This document shows positions 1 through 8,759 of a stretch of 64,000 bases of DNA, piece after piece (positions within the stretch are counted from its first letter, which is position 1; each line of letters starts with the position of its first letter). Source of the DNA: an uncultured Rivularia sp. Lineage in GTDB: Bacteria; Cyanobacteriota; Cyanobacteriia; Cyanobacteriales; Nostocaceae. Location: contig OY762007.1 in the NCBI GenBank assembly GCA_963665115.1, positions 5,696,001 through 5,760,000 of the forward strand, written 5' to 3'. Below the pieces are notes generated by a model, which had not been told where the DNA came from, made no database searches, and saw nothing but the letters and a program-made list of their open reading frames with translations. The position numbers and the translations under genes were made by a program.

Positions 1-2
1 TT

Positions 3-1712
3 ATCGGCACTCCCGGTTATATGCCAGACGAACAAGCTAATGGTAAACCGAGATTGTGCAGCGATATTTATGCGGTGGGAATGCTTGGAATTCAAGCTTT
101 AACTGGGATGTCTCCTCGCGAGCTACCATTTAATCCCGATAACGGTGAATTAATTTGGCGCGATTCGGCGAAAATCAGCGATAGATTCGCTGAAATTTTG
201 ACGGGTATGGTACGCCATCATTTTAGTCAGCGCTATCAAACAGCAGCAGAAGCTCTAACAGCGCTCAAATCGCCGATAATTATAATACCAAACACTTCCT
301 CGGCTTACGAAGCACCACCAGTAACTCTACCCTCAACCGTTCGTCAACCACGCCCTTTAGCACTTCAAACTTTAGGATTAGTTGGTTTGATGGGGGTTGG
401 ATTTGGTTTGGGAGTTTTTGGATGGAATATGTTTCAATCTAGTTCTAATGGAAATGAACCCGTTAAAACTACAGAAATTCCAGCTACTATTCAAAAGATA
501 AATCCATCTGTAAAACCTGAAAATATTAAATTAAGTCCTCCTCCCACATTTTCACCTTCCGGCAATAAAAAAGATGGTAGTAATAATTATCCTGCTTTAA
601 GACCTTTTCCTTTTCCATCATTTTTTAGAGATATTAATAAAACATCGAATCAGAAGGAAAATTCTCGATCGCAGAATAAGAGAAATAAAGCTCAACCCGT
701 GTTGGAAAAACCATTACCCGTTCGGGAAAAAACTCAGCCAGTTCCGAAAAAGCCTGTAATTGAGAAAGAAAAGGTTAAAGAAGAAAAACCACCCACCTTT
801 GTAATTGAGCAACCTGAAAATAAGCCAAAATCCTTACCTTCGATTGTTACACCTCAACCCGAAGATAAAAAAGCTGATGATTTGGAAAAATCTATAATTC
901 CTGCACCACAAGAAGAAGCATCTCCATCAGATTCACCCGAGTCACAAAAAGATAAAAACAAAGATAATTTAAACCCTAAAACATCTTTACCTAGCGAATC
1001 GGAATCAGTTGGTGATGGAATTGATAAAGATGAAAATAATTTAGAACCTGAATCAAAACCTGAAAAATCGGATTCAGTCGATCGAACAACAGAAAATCCG
1101 ATCGCACCACAACCATCGGATAAAGAAAAAGAAAAAGATCAACCTTCTTCCGAACAACCGCAACAAACCCCTCCTTCACCTGACACACCTGCAATAGAAA
1201 GTGAGTCTCCATCACCCAAACCAACTCCATCACCCGTACAAACTTCGGATACTAACGTCGTAGTTCCCACCGCCAAACCTTTATTAGAAGACAAAAACTT
1301 CTTTTACACTGTACCTACCTTACCAACTCCAATCCCCGAAGCTGAAGCTCAACCAACTTTGTCACCACAGCCAACTCCAACACCAGAAACTCAATCAGTT
1401 GCGACACCACAACCAACTCCAACACCAGAAGCTGAAACTCAACCAATTTTGTCACCACAGCCAACTCCAACACCAGAAGCTGAAACTCAACCTACTCCTC
1501 AAGATTCTGTAACACCAAAAGCCGAATTTCCAACTATTCCTGAAGTTGATGATTCTCCTTCACCCGAAACCGAAATTCAAATAACTCCTCCCCAAATTTC
1601 TACTTCCCCGTCATCAGGAAGTAAAAACATTGCAATACCCCAAGTTTCAGCGACTCCTACTCCATCACATACACAAGAATCCGGCTTATCCTTGAAACGG
1701 TTTGCTATTTAA
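3..1712 (+). CDS. Ser/Thr protein kinase (5' partial) with TM helix and Pro/Thr/Glu-rich extracellular tail
   Basis: Frame open from window start: IGTPGYMPDEQ, SDIYAVG, RYQTA kinase subdomains VIII-XI; hydrophobic segment LGLVGLMGVGFGLGVFGW; repeated PQPTPTP near 1330-1500. Confidence 0.9.
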   Translation: MGTPGYMPDEQANGKPRLCSDIYAVGMLGIQALTGMSPRELPFNPDNGELIWRDSAKISDRFAEILTGMVRHHFSQRYQTAAEALTALKSPIIIIPNTSSAYEAPPVTLPSTVRQPRPLALQTLGLVGLMGVGFGLGVFGWNMFQSSSNGNEPVKTTEIPATIQKINPSVKPENIKLSPPPTFSPSGNKKDGSNNYPALRPFPFPSFFRDINKTSNQKENSRSQNKRNKAQPVLEKPLPVREKTQPVPKKPVIEKEKVKEEKPPTFVIEQPENKPKSLPSIVTPQPEDKKADDLEKSIIPAPQEEASPSDSPESQKDKNKDNLNPKTSLPSESESVGDGIDKDENNLEPESKPEKSDSVDRTTENPIAPQPSDKEKEKDQPSSEQPQQTPPSPDTPAIESESPSPKPTPSPVQTSDTNVVVPTAKPLLEDKNFFYTVPTLPTPIPEAEAQPTLSPQPTPTPETQSVATPQPTPTPEAETQPILSPQPTPTPEAETQPTPQDSVTPKAEFPTIPEVDDSPSPETEIQITPPQISTSPSSGSKNIAIPQVSATPTPSHTQESGLSLKRFAI

Positions 1713-1965
1713 TAAACCTTAGAAAGCAATAAGCAGTTTTATAAATCAGAGGTTTGGATGATTAAATTCTATTGAAGTCATTCAAATTAATGATTGAAAG
1801 GCATATAAATGGGCGCACCTTCTCCACCATATAAATACTATCATTAATATAAGTATTTTTTTGTGAAGAAATAAAAATGTTTAGGGAGCGGGGAATGGGG
1901 AATAGGGAACAGTGGGAAAAAGATTTTTAATTTTCTCAACTTCGATTGGTTTGCACTAAGAGTTT

Positions 1966-2190
1966 TATAGCAATCCTAAATGATTTGCGAGAAATTGATA
2001 AATTAGCTGGCGGTTGAAACCGCTACTACATAAACTAAGTCCACCTGCGTGGACTTAATCAAATAACCCGCGCAGGGCGGGTTTTGTCTGTGTAGCCGCG
2101 ACTTATAGTCGCCAGGCATGAATAAAATTTTACTTATTATTTCAATCCTACATCTACGTGTTTTCTCACGTTTAAATTCGGATTGCTATA
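1966..2190. mobile_element. MITE-like element enclosing a REP-like hairpin doublet
   Basis: Terminal IR TATAGCAATCC (1966-1976) / GGATTGCTATA (2180-2190); inner palindromic unit 2007-2115 related to 20644-20881, 22406-22530, 51826-51918. Confidence 0.7.
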
Positions 2191-2507
2191 ACTCTTATGC
2201 TGAGGTAACTAAAGTGCATTATAAGGATAATGGGTATTCTTCCACGAGAGAGCAAGACGTTCCCACTACTTCCTAATTTATACCGCAAAGTTAAAGTAGC
2301 TTAATAATAAGTAAATTTTTTGTCTACTTAAGTAGAATTTATCTATATCGTATTGCTTCTTCCTACTTTCAACTTTCAACTTTCTACTCCCTCGTAAATT
2401 AAAGCTCCGATAAATCAATGTTAAATTACCAATATTGCTTTGCGTGAAATTGCGATCCTTCTTAGACTAGGAAATATACACAAATTCCGTTCCATAAAAA
2501 ATTTGCT

Positions 2508-4155
2508 ATGAAACGTCAATGGAAGTCATTGATACTTGCCTTCAACTGGGTATTACTCTCGTTGGGCACTTCTGTTTTTATTATCCTGACTCAATCTCCT
2601 CAAATTACTCTGGCGAAAGACGTACCAGTAATTATCGAAACTGTAAAAGAAGAAACTACTACAGATACCGATAAGACAAAACCAGAAGTATCTACAGAAG
2701 AAACCACCGATAAGAAAAAACCCGAATCAGAAAAAGCGGAAGAAGAAAAGCCAACTCCCGAAGAAATAGCTCGTCAGAAAAAACTGATTGAAGCAGACAA
2801 GCTTTACCAAGCGGGAAAAATCGCAGAAGCACAAAAAATATACCGTGAAGCCAAAGATTCTTTTACAAATACGAACGATATCCAGCCAGCAAAAGAAGCA
2901 ATAGTTAACCCCGCCGAATTATCTCCAGCAGGTAAAGTTTATTGGAGAGAAGGGCAAGCAGGAATCGTCAGTAATTTACAAACTAAAACTTTAGTACCGT
3001 TAAAACTTTTAGTAGAAAAATATCCTGAGTTTATTCAGGGAAATATAAAATACGCCCAAGCTCTGAAAAAATACGGTCAAGAAGAGAAAGCTTTACAAGT
3101 ACTTGAAAGAGCAACATCGCTTTATCCCAACCAAGCAGGATTAGTTAAAGCAAGAGTAAATGCCCTTTCAGAAGAGAAAAAATGGATGCAGGCTTCCTTA
3201 GCAGCGCGTCAATTTGCCATGCTCAACCCCGAGAGTCCCCAAGCTCCCGAATTTACTCAACTTGCAGACGAGAAATTAAAAAAATACACCTCTTATATCC
3301 GTAGAGAAACTAGAGGAAACGCCATCGCTAACGTGATTACAGGCGTTGTCGGTTATGCAGCTACAGGAAGTCTTCTCGGCCCCTTTTCCGCTCTTGACTC
3401 TACCATGCTGCTATTAAAAGGTGAGAAAGGCGTAGGGTCGTTCGGTAGCCAAACAAGCTAAAAAGCGGATGGAGTTAATCGAAGACAAAGAAGTAAACGC
3501 CTATATTAACGAAATGGGGCAAAAACTTGCCAAAATCGCCGGAAGAAATGAATTTGAATACGAATTCTTTGTTATACCCGATGATAGCCTCAACGCCTTC
3601 GCTTTACCTGGTGGAAAAGTTTTTATTCATACAGGGGCGATCGCCAAAACAAATTCGGAAGCAGAAATTGCTGGATTAATCGGACACGAATTATCTCACG
3701 TAGTGTTATCTCACGGATTTCAACTAGTAACGCAAGGTAATTTAATAGCCAACGTCACGCAGTATATTCCCTATGGAGGAGGAACCGTCGGCAGAATACT
3801 CACCTTCGACTACAGCCGCGACATGGAGCGCCAAGCAGACAGATTGGGAACAAGGTTGTTGACAGCAGGTGGTTACGCCGCTGACGGCTTGCGTAACTTA
3901 ACTTTAACCATGAAAAACCAGCAGAAAAACGCTCCTCCCGCTTGGTTATCCACCCACCCCGGAGGTGCTGAAAGAGTAGCTTATTTAGAAGAATTAATTA
4001 CCACCAACGGTTACAATCGTTACGCCTACGAAGGAGTAGCCAAGCATCAACAAATTAAAGATAAAGTTAAGCAAATAATGAAAGAAAGAGAAGAGAAAGA
4101 AGACGAAGATAAAGAAGACGAAGGGGAGAAAAAGCCCCAGGAAGAAAAGAAATAG
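2508..4155 (+). CDS. M48 family metallopeptidase with TPR region, split by a +1 frameshift at GGG 3435-3437
   Basis: NAFALPGG, HELSH, ERQAD, STHP motifs; removing one G gives continuous GVGRSVAKQAKKRMEL. Confidence 0.85.
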
Positions 4156-4340
4156 GTTAGAGGTTAAAGGTCAAAGGTTAAAGGTCAAAGGTTAAAGGTC
4201 AAAGGTTAAAGGTTAGAGGTTAAAACTTACTTCCTCTTCTTCCCCCTCTACCTTGTTCCCTGTTCCCTACTCCCTACTCCCTACTCCCTACTCCCTACTC
4301 CCTACTTTCTACTCCTTACTCCCTACTCCCTACTCCCTAC
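4155..4340. repeat. STRR heptamer arrays (GGTTAAA/GGTCAAA and CCCTACT)
   Basis: Tandem 7-mers visible directly; similar arrays at about 6015-6105, 6460-6565, 29220-29345, 33025-33145, 41780-41850, 43740-43910. Confidence 0.9.
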
Positions 4341-4458
4341 TTAAGATAGTATGCCAGTTGCATAAGTGTGACACGATCGAAAAACTCGCGAATCATTTAT
4401 TAAAAAACTTCGTCACTACAACACATATACTCCCAATAATTTTATAGGAGGATGATTC

Positions 4459-5286
4459 ATGTCATCTAGACCTTTGAAGCTTTTATTTCTCGGCGGTTTA
4501 GCAGTATCCGTATTATTCGGTAACGCACCTGCAATGGCGCAATACGACTCCTCAGACGATGCCGTTGTAGTACCCACAACCGGAAGCAGTAGAACTACCA
4601 CAACCCCAACGGGCACTTCAACCACAACCAGAACCCGTACATCAACACCAACGGGAACATCAACCACAACCTCTACAAGCAGTTCTTCACAAAGAGTTGA
4701 CACAGCAACTCGGTTTAGCTGTCAAATGGATACCAACGGCTATACCGTTATGTACTCTCCTCAAAGTCAACCAAATCAATTATTTGCTTGGGCTACTCCT
4801 CAAGCATTAGGTGGTGGTTGGGATGCACAAAGACGTTGCGCTACCATTGCTCAACGTTTAGAAACCTATCGTCCAGACGGATTAGTAGAACTTCGCACCT
4901 CAGCTTTAAATGGATACGACGTTTTATGCGTAACCAGCGAAGCCAATCCCTCTTGTCGTTTAGTACTAACAGTTCCTCCCGGAAGAGACGCTTTTCAAGT
5001 ACGTAACGACGTTTTTCAAAACTTAGTTTCAGCAGACAGCGGACAGTCAACTATCGGCGTTAATACCTATAGAGGAGCCGGATTAGAAGACACGATTAAC
5101 TTAGGTAGAACCTTACTTGGTAATGGTAATCGTGCGGCAGTATCCAAAGATGCCATTCAGCTAAAACCTTTCCTAGATAAGAAAGATGGTGGAAACGGCA
5201 AACTATTGAGAAACGTTAAGAAAACTACTCCTCAATCTCGTCCATCTCAATCAGGTAATAGATTGAATCCTAATTTATTCAGATAA
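4459..5286 (+). CDS. COP23 domain secreted protein
   Basis: Signal peptide, Thr-rich linker, RFSC...GGGWDAQRRCATIAQRL...VLCVTSE; GGAGG RBS upstream. Confidence 0.8.
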   Translation: MSSRPLKLLFLGGLAVSVLFGNAPAMAQYDSSDDAVVVPTTGSSRTTTTPTGTSTTTRTRTSTPTGTSTTTSTSSSSQRVDTATRFSCQMDTNGYTVMYSPQSQPNQLFAWATPQALGGGWDAQRRCATIAQRLETYRPDGLVELRTSALNGYDVLCVTSEANPSCRLVLTVPPGRDAFQVRNDVFQNLVSADSGQSTIGVNTYRGAGLEDTINLGRTLLGNGNRAAVSKDAIQLKPFLDKKDGGNGKLLRNVKKTTPQSRPSQSGNRLNPNLFR

Positions 5287-5361
5287 GGGAACAGGAAACA
5301 GGGAATAGGCAACAGAAAATTTTATTAGCAATTGCGGTAATTAGAGTATAAAACCTCAGTT

Positions 5362-5399
5362 TAGATCCCCCCAACCCCCCTTCAAAAAGGGGGGCTTTT
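5362..5399. repeat. CCCCCCAACCCCCCTT-AAAAAGGGGGG palindromic repeat
   Basis: C-tract/G-tract hairpin of a type common in cyanobacterial intergenic DNA. Confidence 0.6.
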
Positions 5400-5512
5400 A
5401 TATATCAAACCAGTACTCATTTTTTACTACAATTATTTTTAGCATTGCAATAAGCATAGAGAATTGCAATTTCCAATTTCCAATGCCCAATTCCCAATTC
5501 CCAAGTATAAAA

Positions 5513-6013
5513 ATGTTCAGCAGACCAAAACCGATACAGCCAGAACCCGGACAAGAATCAGTATGGGATTTTCCCCGTCCCGCTGTATTACAAGATACCG
5601 ATAAACACATTCAAATTATCTTCAACGGCGAAACTATTGCAGACACCAAACGAGCCAAGCGCGTCATAGAAACCAGTCATCCTCCTAGTTACTATATTCC
5701 CCCCGAAGATATCAAAATGGAATATTTAATTAAAACACCGCATTCGAGTGTTTGCGAGTGGAAAGGGATTGCTAATTATTACACCATTAAAGTCGGCGAT
5801 AAAGAAGCACAGAATGTAGCTTGGTTTTATACCAATCCCACAGAAACATTTATACCTCTCAAAGATTATGTAACTTTTTACGCTCATCCAATGGACGCTT
5901 GTTACGTGGATGGTGAAAAAGTCGAACCGCAACCAGGAAATTTTTACGGTGGCTGGATAACTAAAGATGTTGTTGGCCCATTTAAAGGAATTCCCGGTAG
6001 TTGGGGATGGTGA
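5513..6013 (+). CDS. DUF427 domain protein
   Basis: QESVWDFPRP, ETSHPPSYYIP, CEWKG, FYGGWIT; ATG 5513 preferred because the upstream frame is STRR. Confidence 0.85.
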   Translation: MFSRPKPIQPEPGQESVWDFPRPAVLQDTDKHIQIIFNGETIADTKRAKRVIETSHPPSYYIPPEDIKMEYLIKTPHSSVCEWKGIANYYTIKVGDKEAQNVAWFYTNPTETFIPLKDYVTFYAHPMDACYVDGEKVEPQPGNFYGGWITKDVVGPFKGIPGSWGW

Positions 6014-6171
6014 GGAGAGTTGGGAGTTAAAGAGTTAGGAGTTAGGAGTTATGAGTTAGGAGTTATGAGTTAGGAGTTAGGAGTTATGAGTAAGGAATTA
6101 GGAGTAGCAAGTAAAGATTATTTTCTACCCCCTCTACCTTCTCTACCCCCTCTACCCCTTCTAAAATCCCA

Positions 6172-6458
6172 TCACTTTCTCTTCCCCCGTACCTGAACTT
6201 TTCGATCGGTTTTCTGCTTCTTCACCCATTTCAAGAACTTCTGCATTTGCGGTTCATCTTTTAGCAATTCGGCAGTATTTAACTCTTTCGCTAAGCGATT
6301 ATTATCGTACAGCGTATGAACTTGTTTATGGCAAGCAGCACAAATATTAATTCTGGGGCCGTGTTTACGATTTTTATGTTTGGGAATCAGATGATGAACC
6401 GTCAACTTCTCCAAATCGCGATATAGACAGCAAGCTGAACGCACAATTCACAAATCAT
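6172..6458 (-). pseudogene. Small HNH endonuclease interrupted by a 17-nt insert in a HIP1 site
   Basis: Removing 6423-6439 restores GCGATCGC and an 89-aa ORF MICELCDRDLEKLTVHHLIPK...CAACHKQVH. Confidence 0.75.
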
Positions 6459-6565
6459 AATCAGTTATCAATTAACAATTATCAATTAACAATTATCAAT
6501 CCAAGATCAAAGGTCTAAAATACCAACTAGCAACTAACAACTAACAACTATCTACTAACAACTAA

Positions 6566-7558
6566 CTATTCAAATAACAAATAAGTCCCTTCCAATCCTT
6601 CTAAAATTGTGCGGGTATTGGCTACCATCATCTTTTGATAAGTGTCTGCTTCGCTTCCGGGTACGCCTAAGTTTTCGCTAAAAAGCTGTCTTTCTGATAT
6701 ATTTATTTGTGATTCTTTAGCTACGGCGTCGATTAATTCAGGACTAATTGTAGGTTGAGCAAATATTGTGGGGACTTGAGTTTTCTGTAATGTTTTAGCT
6801 AATAGTTTAACTTTGGTATCTGATGTTTTTTCTGTAGGACTAATAAATCTCAAGGTTCCTGCTAATTTCAAACCATAAGCCCGAACGTAATAAGCCATTG
6901 AATTGTGAGTTGTGACTAAAATACGCTTCTTTGGAGGGATACTTTCAATTCTGGTTTTTATCCAACTATCTAACTGTAAAAGTTTATTTTTAGTTTTTTT
7001 CGTATTACTTTTATAAAGTTCCGCATTTTCCGGTATTGTTCTAGCTAAATTAATACTGATTACATCTACCATTTTCACAGCGTTTTTAGCATTATGCCAT
7101 ACGTAAGGGTCGGCAACTTTTTTACCGTTTCTAGTTATCATTAATGGTGAAGGTACGGCAATTTTCGCGACAGGTACTTTAGGAGCTTTGTTTTTGCTTG
7201 AAAGTATAAATTTTTCTAAGCCAGGTTCTAAATTGTAACCGTTAAAAATAATTAATTTAGCTTGATTTATCGCTTGCTGGTTGAGAGGTGTTGGTTGATA
7301 AACTTTTGGGTTAATTGATGCTGGAGTTAAGCAAGTAAGATTGATTGTTTCTCCGGCAATTTGTTTTGTTAAGTCACATAAAACACTGGTAGTTGCGACT
7401 ACTTGCGGTAAATCTTTTTGTACTGTAGTGGTGGTTACAGTTGTTGTGTAAGAAGAAGTTTTATTGGAATTATCAAAATTATTACAGCCATAAACTGATA
7501 CGCTAAAAACAATAAAGATAATACGCAAAACTTTGTTTAAAGGTAGTCTTTCTAACAT
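6566..7558 (-). CDS. TroA/MntC/ZnuA-family ABC substrate-binding lipoprotein with degenerate metal site
   Basis: Lipobox SVYGC, VVATTSVLCDL, NGYNLE, DPYVW, VTTHN. Confidence 0.85.
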   Translation of the reverse strand: MLERLPLNKVLRIIFIVFSVSVYGCNNFDNSNKTSSYTTTVTTTTVQKDLPQVVATTSVLCDLTKQIAGETINLTCLTPASINPKVYQPTPLNQQAINQAKLIIFNGYNLEPGLEKFILSSKNKAPKVPVAKIAVPSPLMITRNGKKVADPYVWHNAKNAVKMVDVISINLARTIPENAELYKSNTKKTKNKLLQLDSWIKTRIESIPPKKRILVTTHNSMAYYVRAYGLKLAGTLRFISPTEKTSDTKVKLLAKTLQKTQVPTIFAQPTISPELIDAVAKESQINISERQLFSENLGVPGSEADTYQKMMVANTRTILEGLEGTYLLFE

Positions 7559-7611
7559 AAACTTATGATTAGTATTTGTTTGATTCAGTCGAACACTACT
7601 TGTTTTTCTGA

Positions 7612-7633
7612 TTTAGAATGATTATCATTGTCA
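7612..7633. promoter_or_regulatory. Zur/Fur-family binding site (overlapping 7-1-7 boxes)
   Basis: TTAGAATGATTATCATTGTCA; two overlapping 12/14 matches to TGATAATNATTATCA. Confidence 0.6.
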
Positions 7634-7669
7634 CTGGAACAAATATTTCTTCAGCATCAAGATATCGCA

Positions 7670-8617
7670 ATGACTATAAATACGGTTAATGCATCTTCTA
7701 ATCAAGTTGTTATAGCTTTGATGGGTAAAGGTGGAACGGGTAAGACTTTTACTTCACTGGGTTTAATCCAAAGTTTGAGAAAGTTGGATAAAGCTATGAT
7801 TGTAGCGGATGCAGATACTAATAGGTCACTTTCGCGCTATCTTACTGCTCATTATTTGGGATATGGGGAAGAGGAGCTAAAGCAACTTGCGCTGATGACT
7901 CAAGCTGAACAGGATTTTTATGAGTTTCAACAATTAGATTCCGAGCAAACCTACCGCGATTTTTACGGTACTCCATTCGATCGAGTTAAGAATTTTTCAG
8001 TTGAACCACCGGACTCTTTTACTCACAAGTACATAAAACCCCTTGACGACAAACTCGCGTTGATGTCGGTGGGAACTAGTGCTATGCGGATGGAAGAACT
8101 TTATTCTACTCGTTGTTCTCACGCAACATTAAATCCGTTAAAAGCTTGGTTGGCTTTATCTACAAACGGGAATGTTGTTCTCGACTGCGGTGGTGGTGAG
8201 GATTCTGGTAGATTCGGTTTACCTATTGGTGCGAATGTGGTGGTTGTAGTAGTGGAAGCGACTCCCGATGCGATCGCGATTTCCGAAGATATCCGAGCTA
8301 TCGATGAAGAATTGGGAATTCCCGTAGTTTATGTTTTAAATAAGTGCCTCAATCAGTTTCCAGAAGTTGAAGCTTTTGAAGCCGAACATCAAGATAAAAT
8401 TTTAGGTAAAATTCCTTTTATACCTACAATCTATGGGAAAAATCCTCTAGAAGTATTTAGTGAAATTGAAGATATATTTACACCAATGGTTGAGAAGATT
8501 CTTGCTCAAAAACTAAGTTCTCCCCAGGAAAGATGGGAAAGAGTAATAAGATGGCAAGAACGTTTACAGCAGCAACGAGAAACGAATAAAAGTCAACCCT
8601 TTAGTTTTATTTCTTAA
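7670..8617 (+). CDS. CooC/ParA-MinD-like P-loop ATPase
   Basis: Deviant Walker A GKGGTGKT, DAD, VVLDCG, VLNK; CSH where CooC has CxC. Confidence 0.75.
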   Translation: MTINTVNASSNQVVIALMGKGGTGKTFTSLGLIQSLRKLDKAMIVADADTNRSLSRYLTAHYLGYGEEELKQLALMTQAEQDFYEFQQLDSEQTYRDFYGTPFDRVKNFSVEPPDSFTHKYIKPLDDKLALMSVGTSAMRMEELYSTRCSHATLNPLKAWLALSTNGNVVLDCGGGEDSGRFGLPIGANVVVVVVEATPDAIAISEDIRAIDEELGIPVVYVLNKCLNQFPEVEAFEAEHQDKILGKIPFIPTIYGKNPLEVFSEIEDIFTPMVEKILAQKLSSPQERWERVIRWQERLQQQRETNKSQPFSFIS

Positions 8618-8624
8618 TTGTTTC

Positions 8625-8731
8625 TTGTTCCCAGTCTCCGGCTGGGAATACATATCAAGAGGCTCTGCCTCGCGGTATATTAAGAGGCAGAGCCTCAAGT
8701 AATTAGATTCCCAGCCAGAGACTGGGAACCA
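8625..8731. repeat. Multi-hairpin REP-like palindrome between convergent genes
   Basis: TTCCCAGTCTCCGGCTGGGAA ... GAGGCTCTGCCTC/GAGGCAGAGCCTC ... TTCCCAGCCAGAGACTGGGAA. Confidence 0.75.
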
Positions 8732-8759
8732 GTGAATTACCCATTATCCATTACCTGCT

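Noticed and set aside
4253..4447. 64-aa ORF with PTPYSLL repeats
   Set aside because: Translation of an STRR heptamer array
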